Assembly: GCA_036502245.1 (NCBI GenBank)
Contig: DASXYX010000068.1
Coordinates: forward strand, 4,190-68,189
Origin: Verrucomicrobiia bacterium
Lineage (GTDB): Bacteria; Verrucomicrobiota; Verrucomicrobiia; Limisphaerales; UBA11358
Length of the DNA: 64,000 nt
Reading direction: 5' to 3'
Positions 51,057-60,540 of the stretch are shown here, one piece after another; position 1 is the stretch's first letter; every line of letters starts with the position of its first letter. The notes under the pieces were generated by a model. That model had not been told where the DNA came from. It ran no database searches and saw only the letters and a program-made list of their open reading frames with translations. The translations under genes and the position numbers were made by a program.

Positions 51057-52399
51057 AAGCGAAAATTCTGATAGTGGACGATGAGAGAGACCTGCGGGAG
51101 CTGTTGGCCTCCGTGCTGGAAGAGTATTACGACGTCGCCCAGGCCGCCAATGGCGCGGCCCTGAAACAACAATTTTCCCACGAAGGCCCGGACGTCGTTC
51201 TTCTCGACGTCAAATTGCCCGATGCCGACGGCCTCGACCTCCTGCCCCAGATCAAGAAATCCTGGCCGGACACCGAAGTCCTCGTTTTGAGCGGCCACGG
51301 CACCGTGACCATGGCCGTGGAAGCCGGACGCCGCGGCGCTTATAATTTCCTCACCAAGCCTTTCGAGAACGAAAAATTGCTCGCGGACGTCAAATGCGCC
51401 GTGGACCGCAAACAGCAGAGCGAGGAAAACGTCACCCTTCGCCGCGCGCTCGAGACCATGAGCGGCGCGAACTCACCCGTCTTCCGCAGCCAGGCCATGC
51501 AGGACGTCATCCGCACCGTCGAGCGCGTTGCGCCCAGCGATGCGCCCATCCTGATCATCGGCGAGAGCGGCACCGGCAAGGAAGTCGTCGCCGACCTCGT
51601 GCATTCTTTGAGCGCCCGCAACAAGGGCAGGATCATCAAGATCAACTGCGCCGCGTTGCCGCGGGAATTGATCGAGAGCGAGTTGTTCGGTTCCGTCAAA
51701 GGCGCGTTCACCGGCGCTACCTCCGACCGCGACGGCCTTTTCCGCCAGGCCGAAGGCGGCACGCTGTTCCTCGACGAGATTTCCGAGATGCCTATCGATA
51801 CGCAAAGCAAACTGCTCCGCGTATTGCAGGACCAGGAAGTGCGCCCCGTCGGCGGCAAAACCACCTACAAGACCAATTGCCGCATCCTGGCCGCCACCAA
51901 CCGCAAGCCGCAGCAGGCCATCAAGGACGGCAAGCTGCGCGAGGACCTTTTCTACCGTATCAGCGCCATTTCCGTGGACCTGCCCGCGTTGCGCGAGCGG
52001 CGCGATGACATCCTGCCGCTGGCCAATTCGTTCCTGCGGAAATTTGCCGCGCAGGCCAAGCGGGAGATCCGGGGCTTCAAGCCCGCGGCGGCCGACCGGT
52101 TGACCGGATTCGACTGGCCCGGCAACGTCCGCCAATTGCAGAACGAGATCCAGCGCGCCGTGCTCTTGTCCGAAGGCCCGGAGATCGATGCCCCCGATCT
52201 TTCCATCACTGCCGCTCCCGCCGTGGAGATCCCCGAGGGACTCGACCCCAACTTCACGTTGCTCGAAGGCGTCGAGCGCAACGCCATCATCCAGATGCTC
52301 AAGGAAAGCAACGGCAACAAACTCGAAGCCGCCAAACGCTTGGGCATCGGCCGCCAAACCCTCTACAACAAGATCAAGGCGTACGGAATTGAAGTGTGA
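51053..52399 (+). CDS. Sigma-54-dependent response regulator (NtrC family)
   Basis: ATGA overlap with the preceding gene. REC domain (ILIVDDERD...LLDVKLPDADG), AAA+ motifs GESGTGKE, GAFTGA and LFLDEI, and the C-terminal HTH AAKRLGIGRQTLYNKIK. Confidence 0.9.
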   Translation: MKAKILIVDDERDLRELLASVLEEYYDVAQAANGAALKQQFSHEGPDVVLLDVKLPDADGLDLLPQIKKSWPDTEVLVLSGHGTVTMAVEAGRRGAYNFLTKPFENEKLLADVKCAVDRKQQSEENVTLRRALETMSGANSPVFRSQAMQDVIRTVERVAPSDAPILIIGESGTGKEVVADLVHSLSARNKGRIIKINCAALPRELIESELFGSVKGAFTGATSDRDGLFRQAEGGTLFLDEISEMPIDTQSKLLRVLQDQEVRPVGGKTTYKTNCRILAATNRKPQQAIKDGKLREDLFYRISAISVDLPALRERRDDILPLANSFLRKFAAQAKREIRGFKPAAADRLTGFDWPGNVRQLQNEIQRAVLLSEGPEIDAPDLSITAAPAVEIPEGLDPNFTLLEGVERNAIIQMLKESNGNKLEAAKRLGIGRQTLYNKIKAYGIEV

Positions 52400-52476
52400 T
52401 CTAAGCCCGTTAGGGCTGGTGAATTTGTAGTTCCCCGAATCCAAAATATTGACCCCCCTTCGCGTTTTTTTTGCGG

Positions 52477-52923
52477 CTAATTCTTTTTGGCCGGGCTGCC
52501 GCTTTTTCCACCTTTCCCAAACAACGCCTTATCCAGGGAAAATTTTCCAGCGCCCGCCACGAACAAGACCACAAACACGCCCAGGTACACATAGGCCAGT
52601 TCGCCTGCCTTCAGGTCTTCTTTGTGGACCATCGTGAACGCCACGGTCATGTTGATGATCAACACCAGCGCGGCGAAACGCGTCACCAGTCCCAAAGCCA
52701 GCAGGAACGAACAGATCGCTTCGGCAAAGATCGTCATTGCATAACTCGCCTGATGCCCGACATGAAAGGGATCCAACCAAATCGGCGCATTTTTATCCCA
52801 ACTATGGATTTTATCAACGCCGTGATGCAGGCACATCGTCAGGCCGAACCACAACCGCAGCACCAGCAGGCCGAGGTTTGTCGTCACTGAATCATTTCCG
52901 GGAGCAAAGATTTTTTTGATCAT
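52477..52923 (-). CDS. DoxX-family membrane protein
   Basis: 148 aa and four TM segments. LLVLRLWFGLTM..HG..K and FAEAICSFLLALGLVTRFAAL are typical of DoxX. Confidence 0.8.
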   Translation of the reverse strand: MIKKIFAPGNDSVTTNLGLLVLRLWFGLTMCLHHGVDKIHSWDKNAPIWLDPFHVGHQASYAMTIFAEAICSFLLALGLVTRFAALVLIINMTVAFTMVHKEDLKAGELAYVYLGVFVVLFVAGAGKFSLDKALFGKGGKSGSPAKKN

Positions 52924-52935
52924 AATTCGATTTGG

Positions 52936-53577
52936 TCAGATTTTTTGGATCAGGTCGGAGGCGTGAAAGCGTGCTTTGGGGATTTTAGCATTTTTGTCGT
53001 CCGCAGCGCGATACCCCACCGCGCAGGCCACCACTGTGGTATAACCGCTATCGCCCAGGTTGAGGATGCGGTCGTATTCCGCGGGCACGATGCCTTCCAT
53101 GGGGCAGGCATCTACGCCGAGCATGGCGGCGCAGGTCATCAGGTTGCCCAAGGCGATGTAAGTCTGTCGGATGGCCCATTCATGGTCGAGCATTCCGCGC
53201 CCGCCTTGCATGATATTGCGCACCATCATGCCACGATAGGCGCCCAGCGAATCGGGTGTGACGCCGCGGACTTCCGAGAGGCGCTTGATCCATCGGTCAA
53301 TGTACGCTTCGTCCATTTTTGTCCGCGCAGTGAACACGACGTAATGCGAGCAATCCGTCACCTGCGGCTGGTTCCAGGAATGCGGTTGCAGTTCCGCGCG
53401 CTTTTTTGCGTCCGTCAACACGATGAATTGGTACGGCTGCAATCCGTAGGAAGTGGGCGTGAGGACCAGCGCCTTTTCCAGCGCATCCCATGTATCACCG
53501 GAGATTTTTTTAGCGTTATCAAAGCGTTTAGTGGCATAGCGCCATTCGAGAGCTTTGAGGAGTTCTTTGGTTTCCAT
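52936..53577 (-). CDS. NAD(P)H nitroreductase-family oxidoreductase
   Basis: RYATKRFD, TPTSYGLQPYQFIV and YIALGNLM..AA.LG.DACPMEG motifs. Confidence 0.85.
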   Translation of the reverse strand: METKELLKALEWRYATKRFDNAKKISGDTWDALEKALVLTPTSYGLQPYQFIVLTDAKKRAELQPHSWNQPQVTDCSHYVVFTARTKMDEAYIDRWIKRLSEVRGVTPDSLGAYRGMMVRNIMQGGRGMLDHEWAIRQTYIALGNLMTCAAMLGVDACPMEGIVPAEYDRILNLGDSGYTTVVACAVGYRAADDKNAKIPKARFHASDLIQKI

Positions 53578-53639
53578 CTAGAGTGAAAAAATGCCATGCA
53601 CCGGCCAAAAATCAATTGTTTTGGATGTCGGCCATTGGA

Positions 53640-54075
53640 ACTTGGATTTTTTTTCGCGCCTTTCGCGCATAATTGCCTTTACCTCTGTTATTTGCATTAC
53701 TGCCACCCTCCATCATTTACCGTTCATCCACGTTGCGATTTTGTTTCCGGGCAACATTACGCTCTCTCCAGTGTATGCTTAAATCTTCCAATGAGAATTA
53801 TGCAGGCAGTAGAAATGCGAATGAAACCGCGGCCGCAGATTGTAAGACACGTGTCGTTGCTTCGGTCTCTGGCGTCATCTTTGTCCCTGGTTTCGCATTT
53901 AAAGATTCTGGACAGTGGACTGTGGACCGCAAACTGGAAGTGGTTACGTAATGTTACGCGAAATTACGCGAACTTACGTTTAATTAAACGTAACCCCCAT
54001 CTTATGGAAGCAATACCATCAATTTTCCACTGACGCGAATTGACGCGAATTGACGTTTATGTTTTTAACTCTCAA
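53640..54075. repeat. Composite non-coding module, copy 2
   Basis: Shares, in the same order, gattttgtttccgggcaacattac...atgcttaaatc...atgaga (53737-53795) and tgacgcgaattgacgcgaattgacgtttatg (54030-54075) with 25051-25319. Confidence 0.7.
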
Positions 54076-54178
54076 CTCGAACTTCTCTCGATTGCCTAAA
54101 TCATGCGGCGTCCCTTTGGCATGGCGAGATCGTCATTTTCGGATTTCCATTTCGGCGTGTGAATCCTACCTTCATCCC

Positions 54179-55810
54179 ATGGCCACCCGAACGAATACTT
54201 TCGTCATATTCTGTGCTTTCTTGTTTTCGCTTGTGCCCGGCCTGGTGTGTGCTGCCGGCGGTTTGTTTCCCAAAATGCCATTGGCGACGAATGTCTTCGT
54301 GGTGAATTGTCAAAATGACAGTGAAGAGGCCAAAAGGACGGAGTTGGCGCTGCAAGGGTTGGTCAATCGGACTTCCGCAGAAGTTTATCTGGTCGAGAAA
54401 CCGCTGGACCGGACTCATCTGGAAGACAGCGGCATTGCGCACGTCAATCTGCCTTTGCCGAATGGGAACGACGCGGGATTGTGCGCGTTGTTCCAGAAAT
54501 ACCAAAGCCGGGTGAAGAAAATGATTCTCTATGACCCGGCGAAGGACTGGACCTTTCATCTGGCGGTGATGGCGGGTGCGCAGGAAAATGGAATTCCAGT
54601 AACGGAACCGGTGAAGGATGAACTGGTCTCAAAATCCGGATGGAGCGGTGAGATCGAGGATTACCGAAATCGTTGGCCGGATAAAATCACTGCGTATGAT
54701 TGGGCCATGCAAAACCTGATGCCACACTGCAACCGGCAGGTCGTGTTCGCGCTTAAATCCGCTCATTCGTTGATTGATTATGCGGTGGCCACAGGTGGCT
54801 TTGATTTCCATTTCGACCTGAAGGCAAACCCGGGCCAGCGGGATGAGATGGATAAAATTTTCCACGCCGGCGGTTATACGGTCGGCTCGTCGCTGATGGG
54901 ATATGACCGTGATTCAGCCAATGTGGCTGCCAACAAGTATGGCATTGGGTATGTGGTGAGTGACCTATACGACAATGGAAGTTTTTGGTCGAGCCAGCCG
55001 GATGAAACTTTCCACCAGGCGCCGGGCCGTGCGATTGCGGCGCTGCCGGGAAGAGTTTATGTAACGATCACATGGAGCGACGGTGACAATATTCAGTTTG
55101 ATCAAAATGCCATCTATCAACTTTGGAAAGACCCCGCGCGCGGCTCCGTGCCGGTGGGCACTACGTTAAGTCCTTCGTTGCAGGAATTGGACCCGAAATT
55201 ATTGGATTGGTATTACAAGAAGATGACCGCGAACGACGAATTGATGGCCGGGCCCAGCGGCGTTCAATTTATTTACGGCAACGACTTTAACGACCAACTT
55301 TTTCCGGCGTGGTGCGCCACAAACCGGATCTGGCTTGCCGATGCGGGCTTTCACACAGCCTGTTTGTGGCACACTGCGTATCCGGGTCAAAAATTCAGTT
55401 CTTATCTAAGCACATGCGGGTTGGATGGAATTCTCTTTAGCGGGGACATCACAGCGGCGTCCGCCGGCCAGGCTCACGAACATTCCAAAGCGAAAAACCG
55501 CCACGGCAGCACGTCGGACGTGGTTGTGGAGAATGGCATCCCGGTAATCAGCGAAGGCCATGCGGTTTGGAACGAGGACGATATTTTTAATCATTTGTCC
55601 AGGGTGCAGCCAGACCCGGATAAACCCGTTTTCGTGGGGGTTAAATGCATCGTTGAAGGGTTTGAAAAAAAGGAGGGGGCCGGCGGCGGATATGCGAAAA
55701 TCAAACGGCAGGTTGACCGCTTGAACGCAGCCTATCCCGGGCGCTTTGTGTTTCTTCTGCCCAAAGATCTCTTCGCGACGATTCGGACTTATACGGCATC
55801 ATCGAGATAA
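54179..55810 (+). CDS. Secreted protein, possibly GxGYxYP-family putative glycoside hydrolase (motif degenerate)
   Basis: Signal peptide after the internal ATG (MATRTNTFVIFCAFLFSLVPGLVCA). LALQGLVNRTSAEVYL and SPSLQELDP.LLDWYY...NDELMAGPSGVQFIYG resemble the family, but the GxGYxYP motif itself is not intact. Confidence 0.5.
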   Translation: MATRTNTFVIFCAFLFSLVPGLVCAAGGLFPKMPLATNVFVVNCQNDSEEAKRTELALQGLVNRTSAEVYLVEKPLDRTHLEDSGIAHVNLPLPNGNDAGLCALFQKYQSRVKKMILYDPAKDWTFHLAVMAGAQENGIPVTEPVKDELVSKSGWSGEIEDYRNRWPDKITAYDWAMQNLMPHCNRQVVFALKSAHSLIDYAVATGGFDFHFDLKANPGQRDEMDKIFHAGGYTVGSSLMGYDRDSANVAANKYGIGYVVSDLYDNGSFWSSQPDETFHQAPGRAIAALPGRVYVTITWSDGDNIQFDQNAIYQLWKDPARGSVPVGTTLSPSLQELDPKLLDWYYKKMTANDELMAGPSGVQFIYGNDFNDQLFPAWCATNRIWLADAGFHTACLWHTAYPGQKFSSYLSTCGLDGILFSGDITAASAGQAHEHSKAKNRHGSTSDVVVENGIPVISEGHAVWNEDDIFNHLSRVQPDPDKPVFVGVKCIVEGFEKKEGAGGGYAKIKRQVDRLNAAYPGRFVFLLPKDLFATIRTYTASSR

Positions 55811-55863
55811 GAACTGAGTGTTTTTGGATTTTCATTTGGGCTTACGAATTTTATCTTTATTCC

Positions 55864-56478
55864 ATGGCCAATCTTCGTATCCGGCGCGCCACAGTGGAAG
55901 ACCTTGCCGTCTTGCGCGGCATCTGGGATTCCATGCGTCTGCCTGCGGATGAATTGGAAAAAACGGTGAAAGAATTTCAGGTCACGGAAGACGCCGCCGG
56001 AAACGTGGTCGGCGCCATCGGCATCCGGTGCGTGGACCAATATGCGTTGCTGTATGGCGAAGGGTTTTCCGATTTTTCGCACGCGGACGCTTCGCGGGAA
56101 TTGTTTTTGGAACGGTTGCAAACGCTCGCGGCCAATCACGGCGTTTTCCGGGTTTGGACGGCGGAAAAATCCCCGTTCTGGACACGTTGGGGGTTTCAGC
56201 AGGCGAATGCGGAATTGCTCTCGCGCCTGCCGGAGCAATGGAAATCGTTGGATGCACAATGGCTGACGCTCCAATTGAAGGATGAAGATGCCGTGGCCGA
56301 AGCGATGAAGACGAAGTTCTCGGGTTTCATGGAGCCGGAGAAGCAACAGACGGAGCGGGTTCGCGACCAGGCCAAGACGTTGCGCGTGATCATCACGATC
56401 ATCGGGTTCGTGATATTTTTTGTGTGCGTGGGAATAGTGATCCATATGTTGAAACATCGAAATCCGTTTGAAAACTAA
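55864..56478 (+). CDS. GNAT-family N-acetyltransferase with C-terminal TM anchor
   Basis: IRRATVEDLAVLRGIW, the acetyl-CoA-binding-like segment and FW.RWGF, followed by a hydrophobic tail IITIIGFVIFFVCVGIVI. Confidence 0.65.
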   Translation: MANLRIRRATVEDLAVLRGIWDSMRLPADELEKTVKEFQVTEDAAGNVVGAIGIRCVDQYALLYGEGFSDFSHADASRELFLERLQTLAANHGVFRVWTAEKSPFWTRWGFQQANAELLSRLPEQWKSLDAQWLTLQLKDEDAVAEAMKTKFSGFMEPEKQQTERVRDQAKTLRVIITIIGFVIFFVCVGIVIHMLKHRNPFEN

Positions 56479-56530
56479 CCACGGATGGACACGGATAAAC
56501 ACGGATTTTTAACCGCTAATAAACGCTAAT
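56478..56530. repeat. Repeat family B copy
   Basis: aaccacggatggacacggataaacacggatttttaaccgctaataaacgctaat. Confidence 0.75.
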
Positions 56531-56643
56531 TATTTTACAGAAGGAAACAAAGTGAACGAAGGCATTGACCCAGAGGCCGATGCGGCAACCCTCCATTAAT
56601 GGGAGAAGGAACAGGGTGCGGACGGGCTTGAAAGGTTTACCTG

Positions 56644-57597
56644 CTATTTATTTGCCGCGCTTTTTTGGCTGTCCACGAAGGTCTTGTACGATGTGGCCCA
56701 GTCGTAACCGTGGCTGTCCAGATAATGCTCAATCTCGGTCTTGTATTTTTTGAAAATGGGCGACATCTCATCTACGTTCTTTACGTCCAGGCTTTGCTCG
56801 CGCGCTTCTTTGAGCCAATCGATGATCTTCGCTTCGTCTTCGGGTTTCAGGTTCGGGAGGATCTGATGATAGGCCTTGAGCGTGATGGGCAATTTGTTGG
56901 CCGTGAGTTTGTCTTTGACCGAGTCAACCTGGTCGGGTGTCAAATCGGCCTGCAATCCAGCGATAAATTTTTGATGAACGGACGGGTCCAATTGCAATCC
57001 GGCGTTGTGCGCATCGCGGACGGCCTTCAGATCGGTCGCCACCACGGCGGTGACTCGTGCCTGTTTGTTGGTGTCGGACAGATCGAGGGAATCCACGATC
57101 CCCACGACGCGTTTGTTGAGCGCGTCATCGGAAGCGGCTGTGGGCGGTGGAGCCAGATGTGCCAGCAGATCAGCTTGTTCGGGCGTCAATTTATCTTTCG
57201 GTAACGGCTTTTTGCCAAAGCGCAGCAAAACCGTCGTCACGCCATCCGGGCCGACGGTCGCCACGGCTTTAGCTTTCATCTGGTCAGCCGTCAGGTCGGA
57301 AAAGTTTTTGATCTCACCGTTATAGACCACAATCGTTTTGTCGTTCACCACCACGGTCCGTTCAAAGTCTTTGCCCTTTTCGCTCCACTTGAAGGTCAGG
57401 CTTGTCGTCTTGTCAGGATTAACCGTTTGATTGACGATGTCCAGGCCGACCGTGCGCGGTGAAGTCTTCGACGGCGTGACCATGGTGATGTCATTCGTGC
57501 TGTCATCGGCAAAAGCCGGATTTGCCGCCACTGCCAGAAACAATCCAATGACAGAAATGAAAAGCGTATTTGAAATAAAACGGTGGTCTGTTTGCAT
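56644..57597 (-). CDS. Secreted protein with C-terminal DUF3826-like domain
   Basis: Signal peptide. The C-terminal half (LNKRVVGIVDSLDLSDTNKQARV...VRDAHN...YHQILPNL...IIDWLKEARE) resembles DUF3826. Confidence 0.55.
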   Translation of the reverse strand: MQTDHRFISNTLFISVIGLFLAVAANPAFADDSTNDITMVTPSKTSPRTVGLDIVNQTVNPDKTTSLTFKWSEKGKDFERTVVVNDKTIVVYNGEIKNFSDLTADQMKAKAVATVGPDGVTTVLLRFGKKPLPKDKLTPEQADLLAHLAPPPTAASDDALNKRVVGIVDSLDLSDTNKQARVTAVVATDLKAVRDAHNAGLQLDPSVHQKFIAGLQADLTPDQVDSVKDKLTANKLPITLKAYHQILPNLKPEDEAKIIDWLKEAREQSLDVKNVDEMSPIFKKYKTEIEHYLDSHGYDWATSYKTFVDSQKSAANK

Positions 57598-57644
57598 AGT
57601 TGCTGAGTATAAAGCGATTGGCTCGCGATGAAAATTCTTTTCCG

Positions 57645-58379
57645 CTATTTCGCCTGCATCAAATCAGCGCGGCCGGTGGTGATGGCATGGATGCAGGCCG
57701 CAGTCTGGTTTTTGCAGGAATATAAATCAATCGTGGCCACGGTGAGGTCCGGTTGCGGATTTTCGACGGCGGTGAGAAAGAATTGCAACGGTTGTTTGCT
57801 TTTGCCGGTGTCAGCCACACCGGTCCATGCGATTTTTGAGCGCGGGTCGGTGGGCTTGAAATATTTTCCCCGTCGGGCATACCAGTCGCTGATATCGTTG
57901 CCGTAAAGGATTGCATTCGTCGCCGAAGAACCGTCGTCGTAACGGAAAACGATGTCGTACACCGGCGTACCGTGGGGCGAAGCATAAAAGGACGAGTGAT
58001 AGACGTAGAGCGTCTGAAACTTCGCGCCGATCTTGATGCCTTCCAGTTGCTCCGGAAATTCAATGCCGGATTTGGTGTTGCCCGCGCCCCAGAGACAGAT
58101 CATGCCTTCGATGTCCAGCGGCACGCCGTCGAACGTCTGGAATCCGGTGGGCACCGCCGCCCAGGCGGGAAATTGCGTGATCTGGGAGAAATCCGATGCG
58201 GGCGTCTGGTAATAATCCGTCATGTCCACGGGCGCGGCGAAATTTTTGGCGATGAGGCGCTGCCCCTGGGCGAGGGCAACGCGTTGCGGATTGCGCAGCC
58301 ACAGGATGAACAGCGTCAGCGCCGCCACCAAAATCAGTGACGCGAGCGTGACGAGGATTATCTTTATTTTTTTGGCCAT
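57645..58379 (-). CDS. Membrane-anchored hypothetical protein
   Basis: 244-aa ORF with an N-terminal TM (IILVTLASLILVAALTLFILW) and host-like GC content. No family was recognised. Confidence 0.55.
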   Translation of the reverse strand: MAKKIKIILVTLASLILVAALTLFILWLRNPQRVALAQGQRLIAKNFAAPVDMTDYYQTPASDFSQITQFPAWAAVPTGFQTFDGVPLDIEGMICLWGAGNTKSGIEFPEQLEGIKIGAKFQTLYVYHSSFYASPHGTPVYDIVFRYDDGSSATNAILYGNDISDWYARRGKYFKPTDPRSKIAWTGVADTGKSKQPLQFFLTAVENPQPDLTVATIDLYSCKNQTAACIHAITTGRADLMQAK

Positions 58380-58475
58380 CGTTTGGAAGTGATTAACGAA
58401 AGCCTGAATCGTTTAGGGCGAAAGTCAAGTTTCTGAGTTGCAATTTGCTTCATTGCTGCGTGGTTGCAGATAAAC

Positions 58476-58665
58476 ACCCCTCTCCTTGGTCCTCTCCCCG
58501 CGCAGAGCACAGGGAGAGGAAAACAAATCGAGCGCGCTCTGTATGAGGAATATCTCTGTAAGCGTCGCGCAATTTTCAAAATGAGGAATAATTTGCGGAA
58601 TACGTTCTCAAGGTCGTCCTCTCCTCCAAAGTAATTTGGAGGAGAGGAAAAAGGAGAGGAGGCGC
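58476..58665. repeat. Family-A-related hairpins downstream of lipA
   Basis: cctctccccgcgcagagcacagggagagg (58491-58519) and cctctcctccaaagtaatttggaggagagg (58618-58647). Confidence 0.6.
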
Positions 58666-58730
58666 TTAAATGCAATTAATCAATTGCGGATTCCGCGATG
58701 CGATGCCCAAACAGGGAAAGATTGTTGGAT

Positions 58731-59600
58731 TTACACCTTGAATTCATCCGCATGGTACGAACTGCGGACCATGGGGCCGCTGGCGACGTGGACGAAACCG
58801 AGTTCTTTGGCCACACGACCGAGTGCGTCGAATTGTTCGGGCGTGACAAATTCTTTCACCGGCAGATGTTTCAGCGTCGGTTGCAGATATTGGCCGAGAG
58901 TGAGAATGTCGCAATTCGATGCGCGCAGATCTTCCATCGCCACCACGACTTCTTCAATCGTTTCGCCCAGGCCGAGCATGATGCCGGATTTGGTGTAGAG
59001 CGAATCGCCGCCTTTGGTCTTGGCCTTTTTGAGCACAGCCAGGCTGCGGTCGTACGTGGCGCGATGGCGCACATTCGGGGTCAGACGGCGCACGGTCTCA
59101 AGGTTGTGATTGAAAATGTGCGGGTGCGCGTTCAACACGATGTCGATGGAAGCGTCGCTCTCATTGAAATCGGGTACGAGCACTTCGATGACAATACCCG
59201 GGTTGCGCTGGCGGACATGTTCGATGGTCTGGCGGAAATGTTCCGCGCCGCCGTCTTTCAGGTCATCGCGCGCGACGGCGGTGATGACGACGTGTTTGAG
59301 TTTCATCCGCGCGGTGGCTTCGGCCACGCGGGCAGGTTCGTCGGTTTCCAACGCGAGAGGTTTGGCGGTGCTGACGGCGCAAAATCCGCAGGCGCGAGTG
59401 CAACGGTCGCCGGCGATCATGAAGGTGGCGGTGCCCTTGCTCCAGCATTCCCAATGATTCGGGCATTTGGCGCTTTCGCAAACGGTGTGCAGTTTCAGTT
59501 CATCCAGCAGGGAACGGGTTCGGGCAAAAGAGTCGGAGGTCGGCAAAGTGATGCGCAACCATTCGGGCAGGCGTGGGCGTTTCATTTCAGTAACAGTCAT
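58731..59600 (-). CDS. lipA: Lipoyl synthase (radical SAM)
   Basis: N-terminal auxiliary cluster CESAKCPNHWEC, radical-SAM CTRACGFCAV, and GLGET / TLGQYLQP motifs. Confidence 0.92.
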   Translation of the reverse strand: MTVTEMKRPRLPEWLRITLPTSDSFARTRSLLDELKLHTVCESAKCPNHWECWSKGTATFMIAGDRCTRACGFCAVSTAKPLALETDEPARVAEATARMKLKHVVITAVARDDLKDGGAEHFRQTIEHVRQRNPGIVIEVLVPDFNESDASIDIVLNAHPHIFNHNLETVRRLTPNVRHRATYDRSLAVLKKAKTKGGDSLYTKSGIMLGLGETIEEVVVAMEDLRASNCDILTLGQYLQPTLKHLPVKEFVTPEQFDALGRVAKELGFVHVASGPMVRSSYHADEFKV

Positions 59601-59676
59601 TCCAAATTCTTTTTAACACAGATGAAGAGATATGAACAGGAGGAAACAGAGAGAACAGAGGTGAGAAATAATTTTT

Positions 59677-60005
59677 ACCACGGATGGACACAGAGGAACA
59701 CGGATTTTAACGCAAAGACGCAAAGGCGCGGAGACGCAAAGAATTTTAACCGTTAACCCCGAAAGCTTTCGGGGCTAATCCACGCTAACGGACGCTAATC
59801 AAAAACCAAAGCGGTGTCATTGCCACCGCAGTCCAAGACGGCAAGCGTTTGCGAAGGGCCAAACCAAATTTCGCGCCAGCTTTTGGAGTGCGGCAGTCCT
59901 CTGCCGCTTTGAAGATAACCACGGATGGACAAAGAGGCACACGGATTTTTAGCCACAAAAAAACAAAAGAATTTTAACCAAAAGATAACGAAGAAAACAA
60001 AGGCA
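59677..60005. repeat. Repeat-dense spacer: family B (x2), 'cgcaaagacgcaaaggcgcggag' unit and family C
   Basis: accacggatggacacagaggaacacggatttt at 59677. aacgcaaagacgcaaaggcgcggag at 59709 is the reverse complement of 24996-25030. Family C lies at 59851-59914. accacggatggacaaagaggcacacggatttt at 59917. Confidence 0.75.
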
Positions 60006-60079
60006 TTAGCTGGAGGTTAAGTCAAGTCAGGGCTCGACAGAGTCTCGCCCCACCACAAAACGAGGTTGAGAATGATTTG

Positions 60080-60361
60080 TTATTTTGTCTCCGAAAGTTT
60101 GTTCCAAAACTTTTCCAATTGGTCCGGGCCGAAGTCCGCGAGGATTTTTCCGTCCACATCGATGACCGGAGCGAGTGTCTGGCCGGAAATCTCGACCATT
60201 TCGTCATAGGCTTCGCGGTCGCCGATCACGTCGAGGGTTTCGTATTTGATACCGCGGGCGTCCAGCCAGTTCACTGCCCGGTGACACCAGGGACAGTACG
60301 GTTTGATGAAAAGTCGTATCACGGATGTAAAATGACACGATTTAAGAGAAAAGGAAAACAT
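60080..60361 (-). CDS. Glutaredoxin-family small thiol-disulfide protein
   Basis: IRLFIKPYCPWCHRAVNWLDARGIKYETLDV......E.....G....P.I.VDG has a CPxC active site in a glutaredoxin fold pattern. The true start may be the internal GTG at 60322. Confidence 0.75.
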   Translation of the reverse strand: MFSFSLKSCHFTSVIRLFIKPYCPWCHRAVNWLDARGIKYETLDVIGDREAYDEMVEISGQTLAPVIDVDGKILADFGPDQLEKFWNKLSETK

Positions 60362-60540
60362 TCAACGCCCAACATTCAATATCCAACATCCAAGGTTGCC
60401 CGCCGTAAGGTCAGATTTCGTGTCATTCGTGTTTTTCGTGGTCGAAATCTGGAGTTTTCCTGATCGTCGCGGATTTGGAACGGGTCTGAAACAGAACATC
60501 GGGTTTGACTCAATCGCGCCGGAACGGTAGATTCAAGCGA

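Noticed and set aside
54050-54178. N-terminal 43-aa extension of the 586-aa ORF
   Set aside because: It starts inside the tgacgcgaattgacgtttatg repeat module. A clear signal peptide begins at the internal ATG at 54179.
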